From: Octopus sinensis
Lineage: Eukaryota
DNA: 64,000 nucleotides
Direction of reading: 5' to 3'
Assembly (NCBI RefSeq): GCF_006345805.1
Contig: NC_042999.1
Location: forward strand, 127,472,001 to 127,536,000
Shown here piece by piece: positions 12,440 to 25,191 of the stretch (positions are counted from its first letter, which is position 1; each line of letters opens with the position of its first letter). The notes under the pieces were generated by a model that was not told the origin of the DNA, made no database searches, and worked only from the letters and a program-made list of their open reading frames with translations. The translations under genes were made by a program, and so were the position numbers.

Positions 12440-12735
12440 GTATATCATCATCATCCTTATCATCATTTGGTGTCTACTTTTCATGCTGGCATGGGTTAGA
12501 TGATTTGAGTGGAACTGATAAACCAGAGAGCTGCACCAGGTTCCAGTTTGATTTGGCATGGTTTCTATGGCTGGATGCCCTTCCTAACACCAACCACTCC
12601 AAGAGTGTAATGAGTGCATTTTATGTTCCACTGGCATGGGTGCTTTTATGTGCCACCAGCATGGGTGTCAGATACATGACATTGGCATCAGCTACAACTA
12701 TGATTTCATTTGGTTTGATGCCAAGGGTCACTTAT
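12440..12735 (-). mobile_element. Family D copy
   Basis: catcatcatcc...tttcatgctggcatgggtt...ggctggatgcccttcctaacaccaaccactcc. Confidence 0.8.
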
Positions 12736-13048
12736 CATCCCCCTCCATATACACTCACACATATATACATATATATATTGGCTCATCCCATAAAGAATGT
12801 GGTTTTTTATACTTCTTTTATTTTTAAAAATTAAGATAAACGAAGTTCTTTTTTAATCTAAAATATACTCTCCAAAGGAAATATTATATCACATTCTCTT
12901 GAAAGTTTATAAATTTCTTATAACATCAACACACACACACACACTCACCTGCTTATTGTTCCCTCACCTGTCTTTGTCTTTTGTTTTCTGTAAATTTGAA
13001 CTACACACACACACACACATATACATACATTCATACATACATACACAC

Positions 13049-13093
<45 letters not shown>

Positions 13094-14184
13094 CACATAT
13101 TTAAAATATTGCATTCATCATTTATAACACTGTCCATTTACACAAAACATGGAGCAGTGCTTACTGTGGAATTTAATCTCAGAGAACAAACTTCACTTGT
13201 AGAAACGTTGCACATGAAAAACATAGCATGCTCAAAATGATGTATGTAGACTGTCAAACTTTGATATTTTGGTGTAATTTTGCTTCTTTCCTGATAGATA
13301 CCAGCTTGGTTATTTGGAGTTAGCCAGGTACTTCTTTACCTCTGTAATAAAACTCAGCAAACGTAGCATTTGTTGATGTGTGTGGAAGTTTACAGTGCTG
13401 AAGTTAAATCAGTATATGTGCTGGATGTGTAGCAAAGACCATGGTAATGACGTGTGCATCTTTTAAAACATGGTCATGTACAGATAAACATGGAATACTG
13501 CTTGCTGTGAAATTTATTCTCAGTGATGACTTTGGAGCTCAGCACAGCTTTGTAGCTCATTGGTTTTCTGTCAAACCATTCAACTCATGCCAGCATGGAA
13601 AGCTGACATTAAATGACAACAATGATGGTGATGATGATAGCGAAGATGATGGCAACTCCTTAGAAAGATTTTGGAGCATGTTGTGTTTTTAACACACAAA
13701 GAGTATTGGTCAGCCCAAGGTATTTTATCTCTTAACCCAGTGAAAAGGTTAGTGTCTTTGGGACTCTTTACTGGGCTTTGAAGACCAGTGTTAGAGAGAG
13801 AGAGAGCGAGAGAGAGGATGTTATCCTCAAACTGAAGACTTTTCCTAAATTTTTGCTACAGAATGAATATTACCAACAGCACACAAAGACCAAATAACAT
13901 TTTGACCATCCTTTATATTCTGAGTTCAAATACCACTGTGGTTGACTTGACCTTTCATCCTTCTGGGGTTAAGCAAGCAACAGATGGAGTCTATCACCTA
14001 TATGGGCTATGGTGGTTTTTGAACTGAAAGCACATGATACTGTAATAAATACAGCAAGGAATTTTGTCTAACGACTATGTGAATTCACTGTCTTTGAAGA
14101 CATAAATGTAACAACTCATGAATTTGTGACTGTTAATGTATATCTGATGATTGTGAGGTTTTATTTACTGGACTATTGACCATA

Positions 14185-14545
14185 TCTTTTTATTATCATT
14201 TACGTGTCTCAGTCATGGACTTAGAGGTAGTGTCACCTTGAAGGGTTTTGTCAAACAAATTGACCCCAGTACTTATTTTTCTTGAGTTGGGCACTTATTC
14301 TATTGGCTTCTTTTGCTGAACCTCTATGCTGCTGGAACATAAACGAATCAACACTGTTGTCAAATGGTAGTGGTTGTGGGACAGACACAAACAAAATAGA
14401 CATCTGCACATGCATGCACACACACACACAAGATTTCTTTCATTTCCCATCAACTAAATGGGATTATAGTAAAGGAAACTTACCCACAGTGCCATGCAGT
14501 GAGACTGAACCCAAAACCATGTGGTTGGGAAGCAAACTTCTTCCC
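14185..14545 (-). mobile_element. SINE family A, degenerate
   Basis: Tail, (CA)n and head motifs (gagactgaacccaaaaccatgtggttgggaagcaaac) in minus orientation. Confidence 0.75.
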
Positions 14546-15143
14546 ACACAATTATACCTGTAACTATGAAAGTTCAAATTTTACTGCACTTGTGTTATGT
14601 CCCTGAGCAAAGCATCTAATTCTGTTTGCTTCAGGTTGCCTGACTGCACAAAAAGCAAAAACAAAAAATAACAGATTCCAGTTCCATTTCATGGTTGAGT
14701 GGTTAGCAGCAGGAAGAGCATCCATCTGTAAAAACAGTTGCTGTTCCAACTAATAAACCAACCACCCATGTAAATATGGGAAAGTATATGGAGATGATAA
14801 AAAGCAAAATATAAAAATCACATTGCTAAGTGTTATTCTTTATTGATTCTGTTCATTGTTTATATTCTTCTCTTATGTCATAAGGCAATCTGTAGGTTTA
14901 TTTATATATGGCAAGTATCAAGTAAAGAAAGCAGAAAAAAAAATGTATCTTCCAAAAGTTTTAGCTAGTTGATTTTATTATATTTACTTCCCTTTGATTG
15001 TTGCTTTTTTTAGATTTTAAATACCTCTAGAGGAAGTTTTTGCCTACTGATTGCATGAATAATTTTTCAACTCACCATATTACATGTATACCACATATGT
15101 ATTTATTATGCAGGACACATGGCTATATATCATTATTGTAGCC

Positions 15144-15330
15144 CACCAGGCGAAATGCTTAGCAGTATTCCGTCTGTCTTTATGTTCTGGGGTTCAAATT
15201 CCGCCGAGGTCGACTTTGCCTTTCATCCTTTCGGGGTTGATAAATTAAGTACCAGTTGCATACTGGGGGTGATCTAATCGACTGGTCCCTTCCCCCAAAA
15301 TTTCAAGCCTTGTGCCTGGAGTAGAAAAGA
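15144..15330 (+). mobile_element. tRNA-headed SINE family B, well preserved
   Basis: B-box-like ggttcaaattccg, then gaggtcgactttgcctttcatcctttcgggg...aagtaccagttgc...cccccaaaatttc. Similar segments at about 8 other sites. Confidence 0.85.
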
Positions 15331-16094
15331 TTATTGTATAAACTTAATATATGAGCACAAATAAAAACCTGAAAATACCAGTAGAGAGAGTTTAACCCTT
15401 GTACTGTGGAAATCAGATAACATCCACTCAAAATTTTATTACCCTTAACTGCAGAAAGTAGTATGTGTGTGTCTGTCTCTCTTTATAATATCTTTTCACG
15501 ATACTGTTTAAAGGTGGTGTTTTTGTCCTTGTAATTTAGTGATTCACTGAAATTGAAAAATGATTGAATAAGATCCAGACTTAAAAATGGGAATCCTTGC
15601 TATTCCACTGTTTTTAGGATTTCTAGTGACATTTACTATGCAGACATACAATTATCAAACATTGATAGACAACATTGTCATTGCTGCTGTTGTTGTTGTT
15701 TAGTCCCACGTCAGCTCTGATAGAGCACTCTTATGATTAACAGTATTGCAGATGTGACTGTCTCATCATTTTCTCAGACATGGGACTTGTTATGCAATGT
15801 GTCCTTCATTTCTGAAGATGCGGGAGCAGGTGTATTTTAAGGAAGATTTGGTTACTCTTTCTAGCAGGTTGAGGTTGAGTGACCTTGCACTGGATAGTAC
15901 TGGTATTGCTTAAATTTAAGTCAGCACTGGTCAAGGAAACTGGATGTCCAAAAAGTATGTCAGCCATATCTTTTCCATACTTATTTTTCTTGTTTTAAGA
16001 CAATACTGTAAGTTGAGAGTGATTCTGCTGCCTTTTCTAGCAGGTTGAAGCAACCATGTAAAAGCTCCGTCATCGGTTTGTGATAGATAGTGTT

Positions 16095-16440
16095 AATGTT
16101 ATATATCTTTTATCATTTACTTATGACTGCATCTATACTGGAGCACTGTCTCAAAGGGTTTTTAGTAGAATGAATTGACCTCAGTACTTATTTTTTAAGC
16201 TTGCTACTTGTTCTATTGGTCTTATTTCCTGAACCACTAAGTTATACAGATGTAAACACACACAACATACATATGACAGATTTTGTTCAGTTTCCATCTA
16301 CCAAATCCACTCTCTAGGCGTTGGTTGGTCTGAGACTATAGTAGAAGACACCTACCCAGGGTGCTACACAGTGGGACTGAATTCGGAACCATATGGTTGG
16401 GAAGCAGACTTTTTCCCACACACCTATGCCTGCATCTGTG
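16095..16440 (-). mobile_element. SINE family A
   Basis: cagtttccatctaccaaatccactc...gtgggactgaattcggaaccatatggttgggaagc. Confidence 0.75.
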
Positions 16441-16756
16441 TATGTGAACAATTTCTGTGACAAAAGTGGGTGGGTTTGTGGGTGGGTGAGATGTGAATTA
16501 GTTGATATTCTAACTTGCTTTATGATACTTAGTTTCAAATCCTGCTGAAACCAGCTTTGTTTTTCCTTCAACCAAGATCAATAAATAAGTACCAGTAACA
16601 TTTAGGCTTCAAGTTGATTATTATGCACTTATCTCCTAGAAAGAGGCCTTAAGCAAAAGATAAACATTATTACTATTATCTGAGCATTTTCTGAAAAGAG
16701 ATAGAGAGAGAAAGAGAAACAGAAACAGACAGAGAGCGCACTGTGTATACACACTG

Positions 16757-16806
<50 letters not shown>

Positions 16807-19284
16807 CAATGCCAAGTGAGCATAAAAGAAGTCAAAAATTTGCTAATCAGGTGGAAATGAAATATCTATCTATTATGCATGAGTGATTGTACATGCGTAA
16901 ATATGTGTATGTATGTATTGGTATGTGTATGTATATCAATATGTGTATGAATGTATATTTGTGTGTATGTATGTGTGTTTGTGTGTTGAGGTGCGGATAT
17001 TTATAAACAAGTAATGACTGAAATGCATTCAACACCTTCACATTTATATCTGACACTCACATGCACTTGAATGCACACAGTTCTTTACATTTAGGTTAGC
17101 CAAAGCTTTCTGCATAGTTTTGATAGATGGAAGCCACAAGAAGCCCAACATGTGTGTGTGTGTGTTTGTTTGTTGTGACAACACTTGGTTGTCATAAATG
17201 AGCATCCCCAGCTTACCAATCTTCTGTGAAAATATATCTGGCCATGGGAAAAATAATATCTTGCTTGGAAACAAGCAAATATTATCTTGCTTGGTGACAA
17301 GAATGGCATCTTGCTGAAGAAAATCTACCCAAATGAATTCTATCCAACCAATACAAATATGGAAAAGTACACATTAAAGCAATAATCATGGTGGTGGTGG
17401 TGGCAGTAGCAGTAGTGGTATGGGTTTTGGCAATCATGGTGGGAGTGGAGGTATGTTTGAGATTGCAACAGTAAGACATTTCAGCACTGCTTATATTCAT
17501 ATTGTTTAGAATTTTGACTGATGTTTTTCGCCCTTGAGTTTTATTCTGTTTAAAATTTTTACAAAATCTCACTCAGGCTTGGAAATTAGATATTATAGTG
17601 TTTTCAGACTTACTTTAAAAAAAAAGAGCCGAAATTATACTCATCAATTTTGTCATGTCTAATGACTATAAATTTACTTTTCCCCTCTGGAAGGTTAACA
17701 TAAGTCAGCTGTTATGAGACTAAATATATAATCCCGTATTAATAATATACCCACTCTGTTACCTAATATACATGTGCCCACTTCTTTCTGATGCATGGGA
17801 ACTATTTGGATAGCTATATATATTTGTGTGTGTATCATCATCGTCATCATCATCTTTTTATGTCTGCTTTCCATGCTGACATGGGTTGGATGGGTTGTGT
17901 GTTTTTGTCTTTGGCTTAGCTGAATGCCTTTTCTAACATCAAAGCACTTTACAGGAGTCTGTTAGGTACTTTATTATTTTTGATGGCACCAGCACTAGAG
18001 AGGTGTCATGTCCTCAAAAAGACTAAAAGGTTCCTTGCAACATTATACTTCATTGAACATGTTGGGTACATATTTAGTGACCTGAACACTAGAAATGTTA
18101 GCCATATCCTGAACACGACTAAAGGGCTCCCACATCCCCTTATTTAATGCTCACTTGCCAGCTTCTTCCCAGAGCAAGAAACATGAGTATAATAGAGGCA
18201 TGTATGATAGTGATGGGAGGGATGTGTGATGGAACAGAATGATAGAAGTACTCAGTATTCTGAAACAGGTAGCTGATAGAAATGTGTGTGGCCCTGGAGA
18301 TAGAACAATGTGTAGGAAAAAAGGAGTAAAAGTATGCTGGCAGAGTGACCAGTGGTGTCTTAAGGCTGGCCTTGCGACCCAATTCTTATGTATACAGGGG
18401 CTTGCTGTCAATGAGTAAATTACTATAGGGCCCAGTGCATTGATTTGTTTGGGGATCTATGATGCTACTAAGACAGTTCTGAGAGTGACCCAGGGTAAGG
18501 ACTGGTAGCACAAGAAGTGATGTTGATGGTAGAGTGAACTAGGTCACAAGTAACCCCAAGCCCCACCTACGGTTTCCATCTGTCAGTTTTACTCACAAAG
18601 CACTGGTCAACTTAAGGTGATAGTAAAAGATGTCTAAGAAACCACACATGGGGATGGAACTTGAAACCACTTTGTTGCGAAGGAAGCAAACATTTTTAAC
18701 CATCCAGCTATGGCTGCTCATCTTTGATTTACCTCTCTCTTTTTTTCTTTCCAGCTCCACTTAGCTGTATCTGTTTCTCTTTACATTATTCATTTACTTT
18801 CTCTCATTTCCTCCTCTTTCTCAATTTGTTTTATTCCCACCCCATTCTTTTTCCATCTCTCTCTCTCTCTCTCTTCTTATTTCTCTACCGCCACTTCTTT
18901 TTTATCTCTCTCTCTCTCTCCCCCCATATTTGTTTTGTCACTGCACTCACTTTTACTCTCTCTCTCTCTTCCTCTCTTCCTCTCATTTTTATCCCTCTCT
19001 TTATCTGACATTCTCCTTTGTGGTTTTCCTTTGTCCTCTAATGTTTATAAACATTAAGTCACTCATGAAAATAAAGAAGAAAAATGTGTCACACACTCAC
19101 ATGTTTGATTGCTCACACACTTATTTGAATGTCCTCATAAACACTGTCACTTACATACTAACACATGCTAACAGACATCAACATTGTTACAGAAATGTAT
19201 AAAACACATATGCATAACAAATACCAACCCATACAAGCTCATGAGCATTAACACCTATGCATATGCACGCACACGCACACACAC

Positions 19285-19325
<41 letters not shown>

Positions 19326-19411
19326 CAGAGAGTAATTCTTAGAAACCTATGAAACCACTTCAAATAGTCCAGTGGCAGCTGTTATTCAAACAAAGAATTG
19401 ATCTCTTAACA

Positions 19412-19723
19412 CTGTGGTTCTCAACTATTTTTTTACCTATGGACCCCTTTGATTGCTATTTGATTCTGGTTGACTCCCACAGCCACTCAATGTTTTAAAA
19501 ACTAGCTTTATAGAGACTCCTTTTAAAATTTCCATTTTGTTTTTCATGTGTTCACTTGCATATATTAACAAGAAGAAAGAGACCTGGCTGTTTCTTGCAA
19601 TAAACACATCTAAAGCAAAACGTTTTCGTGGGCCTTAAAATAATACAGTGGATCCCCAGTTTACTATTTTGCTTGTGTAAATTCCACCAAAAATCTTGTG
19701 TGGACCCTAGTTGAGAACAACTG
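19412..19723. mobile_element. hAT-type MITE
   Basis: 15-bp TIRs ctgtggttctcaact / agttgagaacaactg (13/15 complementary); flanking 8-mers tcttaaca and ctttaaca resemble an 8-bp TSD. Confidence 0.7.
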
Positions 19724-19734
19724 CTTTAACAGAT

Positions 19735-20491
19735 TGTTTTACTTCTTTCAGTAATTTTACAGTGGCCATGCTGGAGTACCACTTTAAAGGATTTTTAGTT
19801 GAAGAAATCAAACTCAGGACTTATTCTTTGTAGGCCTAGTACTTATTCTGTTAGTCTCTTTTGCCAAACCACTAAGTCCTACTGCATGGCACCTTGGACA
19901 AGTATCTTCTACAATAGCCTTGGGCTGACCAAAGTCTTGTGAGTGAATTTGGTAGACAGAAACTGAAAGAAGCCTGCTGTATATATATGTGTATGTATAT
20001 GTGTGTCTTTGTGTCTATGTTTGTATCCCCGTAACTTGATGGTTTGACAAAAGAGACCAATAGAATAAGTACTAGGCTTAAAAAATAAGTCCTGGGGCCA
20101 ATTTAATTCAACTAAAATTTCAAGGCAGTACGCTAGCATGGCCAGGGCCTAATGACTGAAACAAGCAAAAGATAAAAGATACTGACCTTACTACAGCAGG
20201 AAGGTTGGAATATTTCATCATAGATCTCCTTGATCAGGATGACCTAGGGTTAAAGAACATTCCTAGCTCTTTCCAAAGACAACTGCTCCAAATTATAGCA
20301 ATATACAATAGGTGTTTTATTGTTTTACTTGTTTCAGTAATTTGACAGTGGCCATGCTGGAGTACCACTTTAAAGGATTTTTAGTTGAAGAAATCAAACT
20401 CAGGACTTACTCTTTGTAGGCCTCGTACTTATTCTGTTAGTTTCTTTTGCCAAACCACTAAGTCCTACTGCATGGCACCTTGGACAAGTAT
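19735..20491 (+). repeat. 171-bp local direct duplication (19735-19905 and 20321-20491)
   Basis: Two near-identical copies with few substitutions, both spanning the same minus-SINE-tail/plus-SINE-head junction ccactaag|tcctactgcatggc. Confidence 0.9.
19879..20180 (+). mobile_element. 5'-truncated SINE family A
   Basis: tcctactgcatggcaccttgg...gaaactgaaagaagcc...aatgactgaaacaagcaaaagataaaag. Confidence 0.8.
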
Positions 20492-21022
20492 TGGACAATA
20501 TTGTAGCAACTAATTGTGCTCTCTTGGGACACGTTAGAGATGATTATGCTTGACTTCTTTTTTTTTTTTTTAATGGCTTGATCACATGATGAAGGACGGC
20601 ATCCATGACCTTTTGCAGGGTTTCCAAGAGTGGAGGAAAGAAAAGAGGCAGAAACCTTAGACTAGAAACCTGGTCTAAATGCATGCAGTAGAGTGTACAC
20701 TGCTAAAGCCACCCAAGGGCAAGCAGATAGTGGTGTTAACTCAGGCAACAGATTAATTCCAATATCTTTTATCACTATTTTCAATATATATTTGTCCTTT
20801 AAAAAAACGATGGGATAGATTCATGAGTGAAATATTATGTATTCATATCCTGCTGAATTTTGTCGTTGTTCTCATGGAACTATATTATTATGTAGATATT
20901 GTAATTTTTCTTACACTTATCCCACCATAACGAACATTACTGATGCAACTTTAAATATTCATATTTGCTTAGGAAAAATTATTGATTTGTGATGTAAAAC
21001 CAAAAGTTTATTAGTCTAAGAT

Positions 21023-21164
21023 CAGGCATGGACAACATTTTTCAAGAAGTGGGCCAAATGAGACATGGCTCATCATCAGGCAAGCCACACTGCTAAAATA
21101 TTTCAAGGTAATTTATTTTTCAATAGGCATGCAAGTCCTATGAGCCACAATTTCCCCATAACTG
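21023..21164. mobile_element. Probable short hAT (Charlie-like) MITE
   Basis: Eroded TIRs caggcatggacaac / tttccccataactg; flanks gtctaagat and gtctagat resemble the NTCTAGAN target preferred by Charlie elements. Confidence 0.5.
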
Positions 21165-21414
21165 GTCTAGATCATTCTGTCATTCCGAGATAAAATCCCT
21201 GTAGTTTTGCTGCTCCTTGCAGTAATATCATGGCTATTAGAATTTACATTCTCGTCTGTCCATAAAGCTCAAACAGCAAGCACTGAGCGCCAAAGATTCT
21301 TGTTTGAAGATTCTCCTGGATGGCACTAATTATTATTTTATCACAAACTTGTTGAAATCAGAACCCTGAGCAAACAGGTTTTTGACAACCTGAGCAAGCA
21401 GTCTAAGGTGCAAT

Positions 21415-21642
21415 TTAACCCTTTAGCATTCAAATTACTCTGTCAAATGTAATGCTTATTTATTCACATTATTTTCAGTTAATCAAGCATTATCTTGTAG
21501 CTTTGAAATTTCAGTGATGTGATTGTTTAGTTTTTGAATGACGTCGTTAGACAGGTATGAGAGGTTGCATCTGGCCAGTTTGAATATAAAACAGGTAGAA
21601 TATTTTGGCAGGATGTGGCTGGTTTGAATGCTGAAGGGTTAA
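21415..21642. mobile_element. piggyBac-type MITE, complete
   Basis: TTAA-CCCTTTAGCATTCAAA ... TTTGAATGCTGAAGGG-TTAA: 16-bp TIRs (15/16) inside TTAA on both sides. Confidence 0.85.
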
Positions 21643-22451
21643 TGTTTTATTCCAGTCTCTTGATGAGCTCAAGACACTGATAATGAAATTAGGATATGGA
21701 ACCGTATCTGACAGAACTGAAAGTTGCAGTCAGTAGAAGACAAAATGAAAAAAACTTCGTTAAAAATAGAAATTATTGATTTATTACATAGGTAAAAGGC
21801 TAATGTAAAAATATAAATTAACTCACCAAAAGAGTTCGAGTGGACCCATTCATTGAAACCATTTACTAGTGTCACTTCAATATTATACATAATTATTTTT
21901 ACGGAAGACAAACCAGTTTGTCAGTTTTAATGAGTTGTGTTATATTTTTTGGTCTGTTGCCTTCATATTTTATGTCAATGTATGCAGTATTTGAGAGAAC
22001 AGTTTTTTTTCCTGGTATACTAACATCTCTAATGTGTCCACCTATGTGCTACATATTCCTGTTACCTTTTCAATGCTCTCTTTACGCACACGAACACACA
22101 GGCACACACACGCACACACACACATAGATATGTGTACATATGTGCATACGTATGTACATTCATCTGTTTGTTCATTTTATGTCCTTTTTCCATGCTAGCA
22201 TGGGTTGGATGAATACTTAATATTGAGGCATTGTTTTACCATTGAATGCCCTTCCTGTTGTTAACCCTTACCTGTTTTTCAAGTAAGGACTTCTTTGAAA
22301 GCTCAGAGCAATAGAACAATTTGTTTATAAGGAATGCCAATATGACAACACCACTTTTGCTAAAATGCTTTCATGCAAAAACATAGAATGCAAGCATTCT
22401 CATATAGACACATATATACACATACAGATATATATTTATACTCATACGATA

Positions 22452-22730
22452 AATGTCACCCTTTTCAAGCATAGCCAGGCTCATGGGCCCGGTTTCCCGG
22501 TTTTTGTGGCATTGTTCCCCCCAGCTTTACTCAAAAAGCAGGAAGAGAGAGTGAGAGAAAGTTGTGGTGAAAGAGTACAACAGGGGTTGCCACCACCCCT
22601 TGCCGGAGCCTCGTGGAGCTTTTAGGTATTTTCGCTCAATAAACACACACAACGCCCGGTCTGGGAATCGAAACCACGATCCTCCAATCGCGAGTCTGCT
22701 GCCCTAACTACTGGGCCATTGCGCCTCCAC
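22452..22730 (-). mobile_element. SINE family C variant, CpG-rich (young) copy
   Basis: gggaatcgaaacc (B-box complement), ccctaactactgggccattgcgcctccac end, and shared gggcccggtttcccgg motif with the 9746 copy. Confidence 0.85.
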
Positions 22731-23124
22731 TTTATACTCATACACATAATTATACAACTGACTTCCATATAGTTCCTATTTACAATTTTTACTCAGAAAG
22801 TGTGTCTGAACATCTCTGTTAATTGACATTTTGCCAGTTGACTTCATTTTGATTATTAGGGATCATTTTGAAGGCAGCATGTTGTACTCTAATGAAATGT
22901 TTCCTTATCCAAGATCCCTTTCTCTCACCGATCATGGAGGGTCATAGGCACTATTTCGTCTCTTTAAACTATCAGGTATTAAAAAAGCAAAACAAAGAGA
23001 ACAAATGAAGTGAAATAATGTAGAATGTGAATTGGAATTATTATATATACTTTACTTACAGTGCTTCCCTCGACTTTGTGCTCTATGTTTCACTCCAGTC
23101 GTTTTAGTGATAAATTTTACTCAG

Positions 23125-23400
23125 GGAAGTGTCTTCTACTAGGGTTCTGTGCTGATCAATGCCTGAATTTGATAGATGCAAACTGTATAGAAGCCCATAA
23201 TGTGTGTTTGTGTACACACATACACACACACAAACACACACAGAGGCATGCATACATATGTATATATGGGATGGGGTCTTTGTGACCCCCCCCCCCCCAC
23301 ACACACTGTATGACTACTAGTGTTGCTTTGTTTCCATCCCTGAAACTTTGTAATTTGGCACTAGGCACCAAGAGAATAAATATGAGACTTAGAATAAATA
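23125..23400 (+). mobile_element. Old degenerate SINE family A copy
   Basis: gggaagtgtcttctact...gatagatgcaaactg..agaagcccat then CA-rich middle; abuts the younger copy at 23406. Confidence 0.6.
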
Positions 23401-23405
23401 AATAT

Positions 23406-23780
23406 AGGTGCAGGGGTGGCTGTGTGGTAAGCAACTTGCTTACCAACCACATGGTGCCAGTTTCAGTCCTACTGTGTGGCACCTTGGGCAAGTATCTTCT
23501 ACTATAGCCTCAGGCCAACCAAAGCCTTGTGAGTGGATTTGGTAGACGGAAACTGAAAGAAGCCTGTCATATATGTGTGTCTGTTTGTCCCCCCCACCAT
23601 TGCTTGACAACTGATGCTGGTGTGTTTATGTCCCTGTAACTTAGTAGTTCAGCAGAAGAGACCAATAGAATGAGTACTAGGCTTACAAAGAACAAGTCCT
23701 GGGATTGATTTTTTCGACTAAAGGTGGTGCTCCCGCATGGCCACAGTCAAATGATTGAAATAAATAAAAGAGTAAAAGAG
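23406..23780 (+). mobile_element. Full-length SINE family A
   Basis: A-box-like tggctgtgtgg, head, body and taaaagagtaaaagag tail are all present. Confidence 0.9.
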
Positions 23781-24515
23781 CAAATAAAAGTATTGGAGTC
23801 AATTTGTTTTACTTCTAGACAGTGCCCCTGCATATGTGCAGTTCAGTGACTGAAAGAAGTGAAAGATAAAGGATAGTACTGAAAAAACTTGATGTGCACG
23901 AGGAATGGAATGTTGTGATGTTCTTGCTTTTCCAAAACCTATGTGTGGCATACCAGGAGGTGAAACTATATGATTGGCCTCTGTTCTCTGGCATTCACTG
24001 AGGTTTCTAATTTTCATGTTTTGAGAACAAATTTTCATATTTTATGAACTGTAATAACATTATGGATGGTATTATTGGGTGGAGCATTAATAGAGACTTC
24101 CTGTATGCAGAAATATAGTTATTGGAAATATTTGTGTATGTGGGGATGGAGGAGGAAGATCATGTAGAACTATGTATGAGGTGTGTGTGTAGTGAAGGGT
24201 CAGTGGACACGTGTATATGTTGGATTCTTAGTTGAAAAGTCATAAGTTTTCATTAATCTCCTTGATATTGTGTGAAACAGGAGAGATGGGGCAGACACGG
24301 AGACAGATATACAGAGAAAACAAGTTGTACTAGTTAAAACTATAGTGTTGAAATTGAATCCTTTCATGTGAGAAAGTGTCTTCGTTATTGTCCAGTCTTA
24401 TGTTTGTATTTCACTACTACTAACTAGTTTTGTGTGAGTATAATTTTTAGTACATTTTCTTTTCTCTTGCCTCTGTTTTCGAACAACATGCCATTCCATT
24501 ACTACAATCAGTTGA

Positions 24516-24627
24516 TCAAAAGTCTATATCCCAGGGAGTTTGTAAGAGATTGAGAGACCTGACCGACTTTTATCTTACTGCAAACAGTCAGTCAAAAGTC
24601 TATATCCCAGGGAGTTTGTAAGAGATT
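24516..24627 (+). repeat. Perfect 36-bp direct repeat with 40-bp spacer
   Basis: tcaaaagtctatatcccagggagtttgtaagagatt at 24516-24551 and 24592-24627. Confidence 0.95.
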
Positions 24628-24802
24628 ATCACCCAACTGCATGCTTTTTCATTATTTTTTCTGCCTGTTCTTTGATGTAAGTCACTCACCCTCTCTGTGG
24701 TCATTGTACCCTCTTTTTACCAAAGGTTTGTCCATGTATGACCATGGCATCAAGATGGGTTATGTTGCATGCATGACCAAATGACTCATTCATTCTCTGC
24801 CT

Positions 24803-25191
24803 TTAACCCCTTTGTTACCATATTTGTATCGAAATTTGTAGCCTTTGCTTCAATTAATTTTGAAAGTAATAAAGAATTTATTAATTTAACATTGTAATTT
24901 TTAGCATTCAGATTATTCTTTCAAATGTAATGCTTCAATTAATCATGCATCATCTTGCTGCTTTGAGATTTTCAATGATGTGATTGCTTATTTTTACAAG
25001 GACATTGTAGGGGTAGGTATGAGAGGTTACGTCTGGCTGGTTTGAGCCTAAAACAGGGAGACGATTTAGGCTGGATATGACCGGTTTGAGTATGAAATTT
25101 TGTTGGCAGATATTTATTTAGCTCATTTCAAAATGGAGTTTGTATCATTGAACAAGGAATGGTTTCTGGTGGGCTAGTATCAAAAGGTTAA
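24803..25191. mobile_element. Second TTAA-flanked MITE carrying a nested copy of the 21415-type MITE (~24896-25100)
   Basis: Ends ttaacccctttgttacc ... gtatcaaaaggttaa; the interior 24896-25100 is collinear with 21415-21642. Confidence 0.7.

Noticed and set aside
18140-18540. Minus-strand ORFs, or a plus-strand LINE RT remnant
   Set aside because: One patch (TSGV..G...PIL) resembles SGVPQGxxLGP but needs a frameshift and has no supporting motifs; left uncalled.
18724-19020. Hydrophobic membrane-protein-like ORFs (also 25363 and 62036)
   Set aside because: They are translations of low-complexity C/T-rich tracts giving F/L/S-rich sequence.
23156-23507. Recurrent peptide MPKVP.SGTEPGTMWL.SKLLTT as a gene family
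   Set aside because: It is the antisense translation of the SINE A tRNA-like head and recurs wherever that SINE occurs.
24516-24627. CRISPR array (36-bp repeat, 40-bp spacer)
   Set aside because: Only two repeats, no cas genes or leader, eukaryotic context, and the spacer looks locally templated.
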